In this document: positions 37,949-47,594 of the stretch, in pieces | Numbering within the stretch: the first letter of the stretch is position 1 | Layout: every line of letters begins with the position of its first letter | Source: a virus | Taxonomy: Duplodnaviria; Caudoviricetes | IMG/VR virus record: IMGVR_UViG_3300035665_000031 | Span: 1-62,421 of that record | Direction: 5' to 3' (one strand) | DNA: 62,421 nt | Position numbers and translations under genes: made by a program | Notes under the pieces: generated by a model | What the model was told of the DNA's origin: nothing | Databases searched by the model: none | What the model saw: the letters and a program-made list of their open reading frames with translations, nothing else

Positions 37949-38344
37949 CTAAGACACCGACAATTCGACACCAGTAAGTGCATAATAAAGGTTTTGTAAT
38001 TCGTGGACATACTTAGGACTTTTAAAGTTTCTATCCATATACCAATAAGACTTACCTGAATTAATATTCCAATGACCATCTTTAGAAAAACACATAAAAT
38101 CAATTCCTACTTGTTTTTCATAAAACCTTGCTCCCAATTCTTCAGTCTTAAATGTAAATCCAAGTTTTAAAAACCACTCGTCTGTAATTTCAATAGGTTC
38201 GTAAAAATATGGATTTGGTTTGCCTTCAATTTGTGAAAGTTCTAACAATCCAGCAGGTGTTATCTGAAATGGATTTTGATTTGTATTGAAAATAACGTAA
38301 TTCCCAATTCTCAAATCTTTTGCTTTTAAAGTTTGTATTTGCAT
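37949..38344 (-). CDS. Cassette-borne phage hypothetical protein
   Basis: DLRIGNYV...PIEITDEW...YVHELQNLYYALTG. Confidence 0.75.
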   Translation of the reverse strand: MQIQTLKAKDLRIGNYVIFNTNQNPFQITPAGLLELSQIEGKPNPYFYEPIEITDEWFLKLGFTFKTEELGARFYEKQVGIDFMCFSKDGHWNINSGKSYWYMDRNFKSPKYVHELQNLYYALTGVELSVS

Positions 38345-38538
38345 TTTATTTATCTTTTAGTTGTTAATAATCATTCCGAAAGAAGGGCAGCCGATAACAA
38401 GTGCTATACAATATGGCGGCTGACGTGCTTCGATTAAACATTTGTAATTAATTCAACTTTGGTGCATCGTATTGGGCTTTCGTGCTAAAAGCCCGCCACA
38501 TCGTATAGCACCGATACGTTATAAGTAATAAAAATCAT

Positions 38539-38871
38539 TTAGATTTCGTGTAATCTACAAAGATGTACAACTTGTCTTAACTCGTCTATGTTTTTTATAT
38601 AACCTTCAAATAACTTATTATCATCTTTGCCTTGTTCAACAATAGTAGTGAAACCATCATTTTTGTATCTTCTCATATAAAAAACATATCCATCCTCTTT
38701 TGTACTTTTGTGTTTCCAAAAATACCCTTCCATTAAGTTTATATAATCCGCTTCGTACCAATCACCAGTTGATAGTATTTCATCTTTTGTTAAATGATTT
38801 TTACTACTTATAACATCAGATATATTCAATTCTGAGTTCTCGTTAAATCTCTTAATTCTGTTCTCTTTCAT
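38539..38871 (-). CDS. Cassette-borne hypothetical protein, start inside attC loop
   Basis: KRFNE leader; ELNISDVISS from hairpin arm. Confidence 0.7.
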   Translation of the reverse strand: MKENRIKRFNENSELNISDVISSKNHLTKDEILSTGDWYEADYINLMEGYFWKHKSTKEDGYVFYMRRYKNDGFTTIVEQGKDDNKLFEGYIKNIDELRQVVHLCRLHEI

Positions 38872-38933
38872 AAGTTTCTTGTTAATTTTAAGTTTATATA
38901 TTAAATCTCAGAACTAAATATATCTGAGGAACG

Positions 38934-39290
38934 TTATGTTAAATTAAAAATTACTACCTTCACCTTTAATTCATAACGCTTTGCCAAATCAATCATATGT
39001 TTAGTACCTTTGCTTTTACCATCCCAAAAAGCAATTAAAGCATCTCCGTATTTAGCCATTTCTTCATTCCGTTTGTATCCTGCACTTTTGCCATATTTAT
39101 CCCAATCGGCAGGAAATTGCTTTATTGGGTATCCCTTTTCGTTTGCATACTTTTCGCCAAGTTTATCAGCACCATTGGCAGTTCCACTTACTATTTCAAT
39201 TTCTGTTTGCAAACTCAATGCCTTGTCACAATTTTGGCAAAGCAAATCGTAATCATTAAATTCTCGTCCACCTGCAATTATTATCTTCAT
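38934..39290 (-). CDS. Cassette-borne SLOG-family (DUF2493/YspA-like) protein
   Basis: IIIAGGR, SGTANGAD, ADWDKYGKSAGYKRN, AFWDGKSKGT. Confidence 0.85.
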   Translation of the reverse strand: MKIIIAGGREFNDYDLLCQNCDKALSLQTEIEIVSGTANGADKLGEKYANEKGYPIKQFPADWDKYGKSAGYKRNEEMAKYGDALIAFWDGKSKGTKHMIDLAKRYELKVKVVIFNLT

Positions 39291-39357
39291 AATCCGTAAT
39301 TTTAACTAAACATAACACAGTATTTGCGCCATTAAAACAAGCGCAAATACTCGTCCG

Positions 39358-39621
39358 TTATCGGTAATTATTAGCAAACTCCAATCCTTTATTGGTAATT
39401 TCAGTAATAAGAGGCGTTATATATACATCATCATATCCATTGTTTTTCATATAATCTAACAATATTCTAATCATATCCATTGTTAATATGGCTATATCAC
39501 CTCTTAAAATTTCTTTAGTGTAATCCTGTTCAACACCATAAAGAATATAACTACCGATAACATCAGGTATAAGTAATGACGGGTTAGTCGCTTCTTGAAG
39601 TTTCGTTTTTTCTTTTGACAT
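39358..39621 (-). CDS. Terminal cassette hypothetical protein, stop at GTTA core
   Basis: SLLIPDVIGS from the lone left arm. Confidence 0.65.
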   Translation of the reverse strand: MSKEKTKLQEATNPSLLIPDVIGSYILYGVEQDYTKEILRGDIAILTMDMIRILLDYMKNNGYDDVYITPLITEITNKGLEFANNYR

Positions 39622-39623
39622 TT

Positions 39624-39863
39624 TTATCTATTATTTAAAATTTCTATAACCATCTTTGCACACTTTCTAGTAAGTCCATAACCCTCACCTATACAATCTG
39701 GGTGGTCTTTATTATTTGATGTCATTACAAAATTATTTTTTTGACTTGGTAACATATCATTAACATCATCAATTATACAATAGCATTTAACATTATGGTC
39801 ATCAATATATTGTTGAATGGTGGCTTTAATTGATTTTCTTGATTTCATATCAATAAATACCAT
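39624..39863 (-). CDS. HAD-like domain fragment
   Basis: YCIIDDVNDML...GLT; N-terminal DxD motif absent. Confidence 0.45.
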   Translation of the reverse strand: MVFIDMKSRKSIKATIQQYIDDHNVKCYCIIDDVNDMLPSQKNNFVMTSNNKDHPDCIGEGYGLTRKCAKMVIEILNNR

Positions 39864-40090
39864 TAAAGTTGCTCATCCAATAATTTTAAAATCTTGCTCC
39901 ACATTGTTTTGTTATCGTAAGTCATATAATCTGAATGTTTTTTGCACCAAATTTTAATAATATATAACTTAGAATCACCCTCAACCCAACTATGAATCTT
40001 AGTTTTTTTGTCTCTAGGTATTCTTAAATGTAGCAATCCATCAATATATATCCTAATATCTTCCGAATCACCCTTGGCTTCAATTTTCAT
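39863..40090 (-). CDS. Hypothetical protein
   Basis: ORF track. Confidence 0.65.
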   Translation of the reverse strand: MKIEAKGDSEDIRIYIDGLLHLRIPRDKKTKIHSWVEGDSKLYIIKIWCKKHSDYMTYDNKTMWSKILKLLDEQL

Positions 40091-40095
40091 TTATT

Positions 40096-40533
40096 TTAAC
40101 TCAAAATTCTTTTAATAATTTCCTCATGTGTTTGAGCATCAATTAAGCTTGAATCATCACCCAAATAAGCGTCACACCTACCTAAGTTATATGCTTTTAA
40201 CACTAATTTGTCATCATAGAGTAATTTTTCTTCACCATTTAACTCATCATTGAAACCATTCATATAATACTTTAATAAAGTCTCTGTTGTAAATTCAACC
40301 CCATCTTTTGTGAATATCTTTTTTTCATTATCTATTAAATCTTTATCCACTGGCTTGGTGATTCCATCAGTAAAATCAGCCAGGTCATTTCTAAGCTTTG
40401 ATAACTCACATATAATATTTGTTAATTTAACATCGCAACCCATCTTCTCAACCTCTTGAATTGCATTTAATATAGCTAATTCAGCTGGTGTGTTTAATTC
40501 TAATATATTTATTCTTGGTATTTCGTTTATCAT
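40096..40533 (-). CDS. Hypothetical protein
   Basis: ORF track; TAnnTTTG box upstream. Confidence 0.7.
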   Translation of the reverse strand: MINEIPRINILELNTPAELAILNAIQEVEKMGCDVKLTNIICELSKLRNDLADFTDGITKPVDKDLIDNEKKIFTKDGVEFTTETLLKYYMNGFNDELNGEEKLLYDDKLVLKAYNLGRCDAYLGDDSSLIDAQTHEEIIKRILS

Positions 40534-40706
40534 AAGTTTTATTGTTTATTTTACAAATATACTAATTTTTACTGAATGATTTATCATTCAAAAACACATA
40601 TAATCTTAGTATTAAATGATAAATCATTCAATAAGTGTGTTTGATTTATTATTATGGTCAATAAAAAAACACATAAATTTATTAAGTAACCCAAATAACA
40701 TATTGG

Positions 40707-41711
40707 TCATTTATTAAAACGCTTGAATGCTTTATCCGTTATCATTTCGATTCTAACTTCACCAATAAATTCATCAAGGTTCTTCGCACCACAATAAGAC
40801 ATTGATGATTTAAGGTAATCTCTAAAATTTGAAACCCAATCTTTTAGTTCATATTCCACTCTTTGAACTTTAACCACACCTTCAGATGACCTAAGTTTTG
40901 ATTTACCCCATTTTCTTTGAACCTCCTTGGTTGACATACCTCTGAATTTCTTATAGACTGGTATACCCAAATTATATAATTTATGAGCCATATTTAGGCT
41001 TACAGGTATTTTACCTCTTAAGATATAATTTTGTCCACATGATTCAAGTGCTTTATTAAAAATACTTCCAATCATGACATAATCTGCCCCTAAAGCTAAA
41101 CACTTTATGACATCACTATATTTTTTCATTCCACCATCAGCAACAATCTTTGCTGGGTTATTCAACTCCAGTGATTTCTTATAACAATCATTAACAAGAC
41201 TAGCTAAGGGGTAATAAACCCCCAAATGTTCAGCTGTAAGGCAAGCATTTCCAGAACCTATTGATACTCTAATTAGGTCAGCACCAGCATCAGATAGTAT
41301 AGCGTATGTTTCTGGGTTTGCTACGTTTCCAACCATAAGAGTCATCTTTGGATGTTTGTTTTTTAACATCTTAACTACCTTAGTCAACTTAGACATATGA
41401 CCATTGGCGATATCAATCAAATATTGACCTTCTGGGTCTAACTGATTATATATGGATGCTAAAACTATTTCTTCCAATGACATTGAAGTAAATCCGTATT
41501 TAGACTTGATACCTCTAGGTAAACAAGTTATTATTGAATGAACTGAGAAATAGTGTTCATTAGATTCATCTATTACAGTATCCATAGGTGCTGTTATAAT
41601 TGGAAGCATCATAAAACTATTATCGTGAATATTGATATCATCACGACTATTTACATCACTTTGAATTACTGGGATGAGTGATATATCATCCAAATCAAAT
41701 AGTTTACTCAT
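40707..41711 (-). CDS. IMP dehydrogenase / GMP reductase family protein
   Basis: TAPMDTV, IDIANGH, IGSGNACLT, ADGG, FRGMS, SEG. Confidence 0.9.
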   Translation of the reverse strand: MSKLFDLDDISLIPVIQSDVNSRDDINIHDNSFMMLPIITAPMDTVIDESNEHYFSVHSIITCLPRGIKSKYGFTSMSLEEIVLASIYNQLDPEGQYLIDIANGHMSKLTKVVKMLKNKHPKMTLMVGNVANPETYAILSDAGADLIRVSIGSGNACLTAEHLGVYYPLASLVNDCYKKSLELNNPAKIVADGGMKKYSDVIKCLALGADYVMIGSIFNKALESCGQNYILRGKIPVSLNMAHKLYNLGIPVYKKFRGMSTKEVQRKWGKSKLRSSEGVVKVQRVEYELKDWVSNFRDYLKSSMSYCGAKNLDEFIGEVRIEMITDKAFKRFNK

Positions 41712-42282
41712 GTATAATCAAATTATTTTTAATAAATTCATCTACCTTATAAAAAAGGTCATTTAACCCACCATCATTAATAATTTCAGAATCAACATCT
41801 AAATTTAAAATGTTTTTTTCAGAATCGTGCATATCTGAATTATCAATATCTGGTCTAACAACACGAATTATGGTTCCACCCATCTCTTTTATTGCTTCAA
41901 CCTCATGAGCAAATCTAATATCTGGTATTACCAACAATAGGTCATCTTTATCTTGACTATCATACCATGTTTTAAAGCGTTGTACCCATATTTTCCTACC
42001 AAAAGGTAATTCACCTTCATTTAAGTAATTGTGTATGTCTAATTGAAGTAATTCAGTACCTAGTATTTGAAGGATTTTTCTTGGGGTTACATTCCAATTC
42101 TCATCAATAACCTCTTTTTTAGAACCCCACATTTGTTCTTCTGAAAAACCAAATAATTCCATACACCCACGTTTAATTGGGTCAGCAAATGAGTACTTTT
42201 TATACCCATACTTTAGTATAAGATAATCAGCTACTGTGTCTTTTCCGTTATGTTTGCAACCAGCTATTCCTAATATTTTCAT
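41704..42282 (-). CDS. Deoxynucleoside monophosphate kinase
   Basis: GCKHNGKDT, FADPIK, PRKILQILGTE, DIRFAHE, HDSE. Confidence 0.88.
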   Translation of the reverse strand: MKILGIAGCKHNGKDTVADYLILKYGYKKYSFADPIKRGCMELFGFSEEQMWGSKKEVIDENWNVTPRKILQILGTELLQLDIHNYLNEGELPFGRKIWVQRFKTWYDSQDKDDLLLVIPDIRFAHEVEAIKEMGGTIIRVVRPDIDNSDMHDSEKNILNLDVDSEIINDGGLNDLFYKVDEFIKNNLIIHE

Positions 42283-42344
42283 ATAATTTTTAACAAAGTT
42301 ACTAATCTTTTTAGAAAGTTTAATGTATTTATAAATAAAAAGAC

Positions 42345-42584
42345 ATGAAATTTTTAGCAAACATGAAACAACTCTTTTATGAGTTGACAACAGAAAATCT
42401 AGGTAGAATTATTCTATCTATAGGACTAATCTTATTGGGTTGGTTATTGGGGTTGTTATATCAACCACTACAATTCATAATGGTAATTGGATTTGGTATA
42501 TTTATATTCCAAGGACTATACTTGATAGGTGCTGGGTTCTATTTCACGATAAAAGATTTCTTCGACAGACGTAAAAAAAAATAA
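42345..42584 (+). CDS. Small two-TM membrane protein
   Basis: Two hydrophobic segments, basic tail. Confidence 0.7.
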   Translation: MKFLANMKQLFYELTTENLGRIILSIGLILLGWLLGLLYQPLQFIMVIGFGIFIFQGLYLIGAGFYFTIKDFFDRRKKK

Positions 42585-42706
42585 AAATTAATTATGAAAG
42601 CAAACACAAACACAAACAGAGGTTGCGGTTGTAAAAAACCTAAACCAGCTACCACTACAACGGAAAGTAAATAGTATAAGGGACATCAAGTCCCTTTTTT
42701 TTTTAT

Positions 42707-43201
42707 TTATATCTTTTTTAACTCTATATTCATATCATGTGGTGCTGTTTTATTCCCACCAAAATACGGCCATAAATTATAACCAAACCAATGATTTTTA
42801 GTTTTAATAACATCTATTCGATTAAATACCGAATCTTCTGAAATAACAGAAAATACATATTTAGTTTTAGTTTCTTTTAGTATCATATTATATGTTTTAT
42901 TGGTCTTTATAACTCCAATAAATTTAATCACTCGAACACCATCTACATAACAATAAGCATAAATGTTTATCTTCCCATTTAAACAATTCCAACCAAATCT
43001 AGCTGAATTTTTTTTATGGTTCATTTCAGAATAACCAAATAATTTGTTAACATCTAATTTATCAACACTTGTATCATTATAAAGTGTATTTTCATGAAAT
43101 ATAACCTTATAGGCTAACATTTTTTTGAATGTGAACAGGTTTAATAACTTGTACAAAAACCCATTTGATGAATGGTTCCCTTTTTTGATTGTAAATAACA
43201 T
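42707..43201 (-). CDS. Hypothetical protein
   Basis: ORF track. Confidence 0.75.
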   Translation of the reverse strand: MLFTIKKGNHSSNGFLYKLLNLFTFKKMLAYKVIFHENTLYNDTSVDKLDVNKLFGYSEMNHKKNSARFGWNCLNGKINIYAYCYVDGVRVIKFIGVIKTNKTYNMILKETKTKYVFSVISEDSVFNRIDVIKTKNHWFGYNLWPYFGGNKTAPHDMNIELKKI

Positions 43202-43275
43202 GGTTTTTTATTTATAAATACTAACCATAGTTATGATAATAACAAAAAAAAAGGATACCAATTGATATCCTTTTG

Positions 43276-43597
43276 TGGAGTGTACAAGTTTTGAGCTTGT
43301 GTGTTACAGATTCTTCAAAGCGTTTCTACGTGTGTAGCTATTAAATCATAGCTGATTAAAATAAAATAAACATTGTCCAAATTTTGTTACTCCTAATATT
43401 GGTAAAGAGGTTCTTTGTTTGCTATAATTTAGGCTAAAGCTACCTCTCCAACTTCAACACCTATGGTGCATTCGTTAAGGAAATTTTTTGATACGAAAAA
43501 TTCGTTGTCGGTTGTTTTTTGATTAAGATTTAACTGATTAATCATGCAGTACACGCTTGGTTTTTACGACTATCCATAGTCAAGGCAATCCCACCCC
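43276..43597 (-). ncRNA. ssrA: tmRNA
   Basis: GGGGTG...TTGAC 5' end, CACTCCA 3' end with G3-U wobble, tag frame 43509-43429 DNEFFVSKNFLNECTIGVEVGEVALA-stop. Confidence 0.85.
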
Positions 43598-43635
43598 ATA
43601 TTCAATAAATATGTTATTGATTAACAAAAAGTTAA

Positions 43636-44070
43636 TTAATTAACAATACTTTCGGATTCATCTTCTTCAGCTTCAACATTACTCATAGCTGATTTAATCG
43701 ATTCAATCAATACCTCATAATCATTATATGAGTATTTCTTTAATATTCCAGAGAATGTTACAACATCTGGTTTACTCATTACTAATCTATCATTCTCAAA
43801 ATCATACCCAATACAAGCCAAAGCTTCTTCAGCAACCATGATTTGTTGTTCTGGTGATAACTTAGTAAAAATGTTCTCATTCAACACAATTATAACATCA
43901 TTATCAGTTAGATATGAAAGAATATCATTTGCTTTACTAACCGAATACAACTTCTTAGCATTATTATCTACCAAGATTTTAATTGTAAGTACATTTGATA
44001 ACTCTAATTTAACGATTAAATCACTGAATGTTTTTTCCGTATCATCAAACGGTTCATTGAAATTTTTCAT
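43636..44070 (-). CDS. Hypothetical protein
   Basis: ORF track. Confidence 0.75.
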   Translation of the reverse strand: MKNFNEPFDDTEKTFSDLIVKLELSNVLTIKILVDNNAKKLYSVSKANDILSYLTDNDVIIVLNENIFTKLSPEQQIMVAEEALACIGYDFENDRLVMSKPDVVTFSGILKKYSYNDYEVLIESIKSAMSNVEAEEDESESIVN

Positions 44071-44166
44071 ACTTTTTTTTTATACAAACTTACTTACTAT
44101 TTTGATAAAATTACCAGATATTGCCAGATTATTTTTTAAATGCTTGATAATTAAATAGATAACTTT

Positions 44167-45165
44167 TTAATTATTACCAGATATTGCCGCTTTATCAATA
44201 TCGAACAATTTGTTAATCAATTCTTTTTGTTCATCTGATAATTCTTTTGGTATTACCACTGTTAATTCAATCAATAAATCACCAAACCCAGTCTCTCTAA
44301 ATATAGGTAATCCTTTACCTGGAACCCTAAGTAATTTACCAACATCTGAATTTGGTGGTATCGTTACCATTATTTTATTACCATCTATTAATTCTATAGG
44401 TAATTTATCACCTAACACCAATTGAGAATAGGTCAATGGTAATTTTATTTTTAAATCACTATTATTTCTTTCAAATTTTTCATGTGGTAATACATTTAAT
44501 TTAATTATTAAATTACCTGGTTTACCATTTGGTGTATTAGGGAAATGCCCAAAACCAGATTGATTGAATGCCATTCCATTAATAATTCCAGGTGGTATTT
44601 GAATATTTATATTTTGATTTTCATTAGTAACTCCTTGCCCATAGCATGTGTTACACTTTTCATCAACAATATAGCCAGTTGAGTTACAATTGGTACAGGC
44701 TGTTTCAGTAAATACACCACCAAATTCAGTGTTAACCAATTTAGTTTTGGTACCATGTCCACCACAATGTGTACATGTTTTTTTATTTGTTCCACCATCA
44801 CCATTACAAGTTGAACATAATATTTGTCTTTTATAAGACAAATTTTTATCAACACCAGTAAAAACCTCATTTAATGTTAAATCTAATGTGATAATAACAT
44901 CTTGACCTATAAAGATTTTATTTGTTCTATTAAATGGGTTATATCGTCTAAAAAATGATGACATATCATCAAAATCTGAGTTACCAGCATTTTGTTTAGG
45001 GGATGGGTTTGTTAATTCTTTATATGCTTCAGATATTTCTTTAAATTTTTCCTCATCACCACCTTTATCTGGGTGGTGTTTCATAGATAATTTCCTATAA
45101 GCTTTTTTTATTTCTTCTGGTGTTGCATTATCATCAACACCCAAAATTTTATGGTAGTTTTTCAT
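44167..45165 (-). CDS. dnaJ: DnaJ chaperone
   Basis: J domain HPD, four CxxCxGxG-type repeats, C-terminal domain. Confidence 0.95.
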   Translation of the reverse strand: MKNYHKILGVDDNATPEEIKKAYRKLSMKHHPDKGGDEEKFKEISEAYKELTNPSPKQNAGNSDFDDMSSFFRRYNPFNRTNKIFIGQDVIITLDLTLNEVFTGVDKNLSYKRQILCSTCNGDGGTNKKTCTHCGGHGTKTKLVNTEFGGVFTETACTNCNSTGYIVDEKCNTCYGQGVTNENQNINIQIPPGIINGMAFNQSGFGHFPNTPNGKPGNLIIKLNVLPHEKFERNNSDLKIKLPLTYSQLVLGDKLPIELIDGNKIMVTIPPNSDVGKLLRVPGKGLPIFRETGFGDLLIELTVVIPKELSDEQKELINKLFDIDKAAISGNN

Positions 45166-45208
45166 TAAATTGAATTAATTTTCCACAAATATACGTATAT
45201 TTGCAGAT

Positions 45209-45871
45209 ATGTTTAGAGTAATAATAACAAAAAATGGAAAATATCAATCTACAATAAGACGATTTATTGGTAGGAAGAAAGCTTTTGCTAAATTTAATGA
45301 GGTAAAAAAAGCTAATAAAGTTATTTTCGAAAAAAAATATGTCTTAAGCTATAAGATTAAGCCAGTAAAATATGAATTATGTGTTGTTAAGATTACAGAA
45401 CCTAATGATGTATTTAGAATCCTTAGAGATGATTTAGGTAGACAGTACCTAGAAGAACCTCTTGGTGATTGGACAATATTACATTCGGCACCATATGCTG
45501 TTGAAGAAACATTTAATGTATATGGGTTTAGTTTTATTGATGAAAGATTTACATTTATGGATGTCTATAATAAGATATTAAAAGATAAACAGAAGAGTCT
45601 AAGTTTAAGACAAGTTATTGTTATTGGTAGTATGCTTATGGTTTACAATGAAGTAAGTTTTGACCTTATTTTTTGTAAATGTATATTTGATGCACAAAGG
45701 TTACATCATATGTTACATGATAAGATAAAAAAAGAAAAACTAAAACATCTAATATTTATGGGAACTTGTGCTGAAAGTAATTATTCCAAGATGTATGATG
45801 TTATTCAAGCCAATACTAATTGGGATAGGAAAAAAATTGGTAAAAAAATTCTAAAAGTTTGGAAAAATTAA
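45209..45871 (+). CDS. Hypothetical protein
   Basis: 220-aa ORF; TATTTG box just upstream. Confidence 0.75.
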   Translation: MFRVIITKNGKYQSTIRRFIGRKKAFAKFNEVKKANKVIFEKKYVLSYKIKPVKYELCVVKITEPNDVFRILRDDLGRQYLEEPLGDWTILHSAPYAVEETFNVYGFSFIDERFTFMDVYNKILKDKQKSLSLRQVIVIGSMLMVYNEVSFDLIFCKCIFDAQRLHHMLHDKIKKEKLKHLIFMGTCAESNYSKMYDVIQANTNWDRKKIGKKILKVWKN

Positions 45872-46048
45872 TCGCATTTTTTCTTCAACCAAAACCATTT
45901 GTCTTTTTAATGTATTGATTTCATCAATAATATTTTGTGGCATATTAAATGCGTAATCTGATTTTAGTTTATTTATCTTTCTTAAGATAATATCGCCTTC
46001 AGCAACAATTCTATCATATTCCTCAGCTTTTGGATTGGATTTATTCAT
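45851..46048 (-). CDS. Hypothetical protein
   Basis: ORF track. Confidence 0.6.
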   Translation of the reverse strand: MNKSNPKAEEYDRIVAEGDIILRKINKLKSDYAFNMPQNIIDEINTLKRQMVLVEEKMRLIFPNF

Positions 46049-46565
46049 TTATTTTTTCGTTTAATGGAAAATTAGTTTTTATATCGTTTATAATAGATTC
46101 AATTTTTTTGTTATCTTCTTCACTCATTGTTAATGGGTTTAAACACTCAATTCTTTCAGATGTGTCTGTTGGCATAAAAAATGCAATTACATTGGCTTCT
46201 TTTTCTGCAATTAAATTATTAATACCATCACTAATTGATTTAATCATTTCTGGTTGAGTAAATATTTCCCTATCTAAATATATGGATAATATTAATGGGT
46301 AATTATTGTTTATCATTTTATCGTTTATATTTTCTAACGTTATTCTTTCTGTGGTAAAATCACTATAACCCTGTAAAGTCAAAAATTTGGTTATATCCTC
46401 TACCCTTCTATTAAGAGCTTCCTCACCAAATTCAAGTATACTATATATTGGTGTGTCTTCATGATATATGTATACCAAATATTCACTTACAACTTGTTTT
46501 TTGAAATAGCTAATTAATTTGTCCACTTCTTTGATTAAAATTCTCATATGTTTTATTTTAATCAA
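46041..46565 (-). CDS. Hypothetical protein
   Basis: ORF track. Confidence 0.7.
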   Translation of the reverse strand: MIKIKHMRILIKEVDKLISYFKKQVVSEYLVYIYHEDTPIYSILEFGEEALNRRVEDITKFLTLQGYSDFTTERITLENINDKMINNNYPLILSIYLDREIFTQPEMIKSISDGINNLIAEKEANVIAFFMPTDTSERIECLNPLTMSEEDNKKIESIINDIKTNFPLNEKINE

Positions 46566-46602
46566 ATGTGAACAAAATAAGGGATATAGTAAATAAATTA
46601 CA

Positions 46603-47124
46603 CTAAATATTACTCATAAACATAAAAAATAATTTATCATTTGTATAAAAATCATAAAATGTGCCGAATATTCTTGGTTGATTTGAGGAAATTAAACCTG
46701 GATATAAATTATCTGTATAACAATAAGCACCGTTAAACGCTGTAAAATTATAAAGTGTTAGTGTGAGTCTATTTCTAACTGAAAACACCTTATAATCTAA
46801 CGTATCACCATTTAAAACATATTTATTGACGTTTATAAAACGTATGGTATCTGATTGAGGTGTTATTTGAATTGGAAATGGGGATAGAACGATAATTCTT
46901 TCAATTAACCACGTAGAACCAATAAGAATCTTAGTGTAGTTATTAGTTGTATCACCAGGTAATGTTCCACCAAATGTATATTGATTTAGGTAATTGGTTG
47001 TATCTTTTGGTTGTTTGCCTACTGAGTAACTTCCAGGTGTTATTGTTTCTATTTCACATGAAGTTAAACCCAATAGTATAAAAAATGTTAAAATTTTGCT
47101 CATATTATTAAAATTAATCAACAA
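46603..47124 (-). CDS. Putative lipoprotein
   Basis: MSKILTFFILLGLTSC lipobox. Confidence 0.7.
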   Translation of the reverse strand: MLINFNNMSKILTFFILLGLTSCEIETITPGSYSVGKQPKDTTNYLNQYTFGGTLPGDTTNNYTKILIGSTWLIERIIVLSPFPIQITPQSDTIRFINVNKYVLNGDTLDYKVFSVRNRLTLTLYNFTAFNGAYCYTDNLYPGLISSNQPRIFGTFYDFYTNDKLFFMFMSNI

Positions 47125-47154
47125 AGATACAAAATTTATTTGGTAATAGCAAAT

Positions 47155-47376
47155 TTATTTTTTAATAAACACAACCCTAACATTTTCTATTACAACATCA
47201 AATAAGTCAGACGGTTCAAATTTGGTTGTTTGTTCGGTTCTATAAAATAGTTCCTCATTCATTTTAATATGTGTTTCTGGGTCTAACTCATATTGTAAAA
47301 CTAACCCTTGTTTGTATATCTTATCGTTATTTATAATTTCAGTAAGGGTTTCAATTATAGTATCAAAATTCATCAT
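47155..47376 (-). CDS. Hypothetical protein
   Basis: ORF track. Confidence 0.65.
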   Translation of the reverse strand: MMNFDTIIETLTEIINNDKIYKQGLVLQYELDPETHIKMNEELFYRTEQTTKFEPSDLFDVVIENVRVVFIKK

Positions 47377-47594
47377 ATAACATTAAATAACTTCTTTAAA
47401 AATAACTTTAATTTTTGACCAACCGAATATTTTAGAATAATTGGTTGTGGTGATGATTTAATCTTATCAGCTAATCCATTTTTTAATTCATGTATTAACT
47501 TTTTACGTTCAAGTTCACCAATTTTTTTTGCAAACTCTATTTCTTTCTCATTTTGTTTGATATCTGCAATTAATTCATCTAATTTATTTTCCAT
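47373..47594 (-). CDS. Hypothetical protein
   Basis: ORF track. Confidence 0.65.
   Translation of the reverse strand: MENKLDELIADIKQNEKEIEFAKKIGELERKKLIHELKNGLADKIKSSPQPIILKYSVGQKLKLFLKKLFNVI

Larger units (their letters stand above)
36500..39621 (+). mobile_element. Integron-like cassette array 4
   Basis: attC-like sites 36812-36895, 37104-37196, 37343-37475, 37814-37942, 38392-38524, 38808-38939, 39310-39363; lone left arm at 39555. Confidence 0.88.

Noticed and set aside
466-39363. attC-like hairpins as plain terminators or REP elements
   Set aside because: No U tails, conserved AAC/GTT ends, within-cassette end matching and attI-like heads argue for recombination sites
1-39621. CRISPR array explanation for the recurring repeats
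   Set aside because: Repeats are variable-length palindromes separated by whole genes, not constant repeats with short spacers; no cas genes
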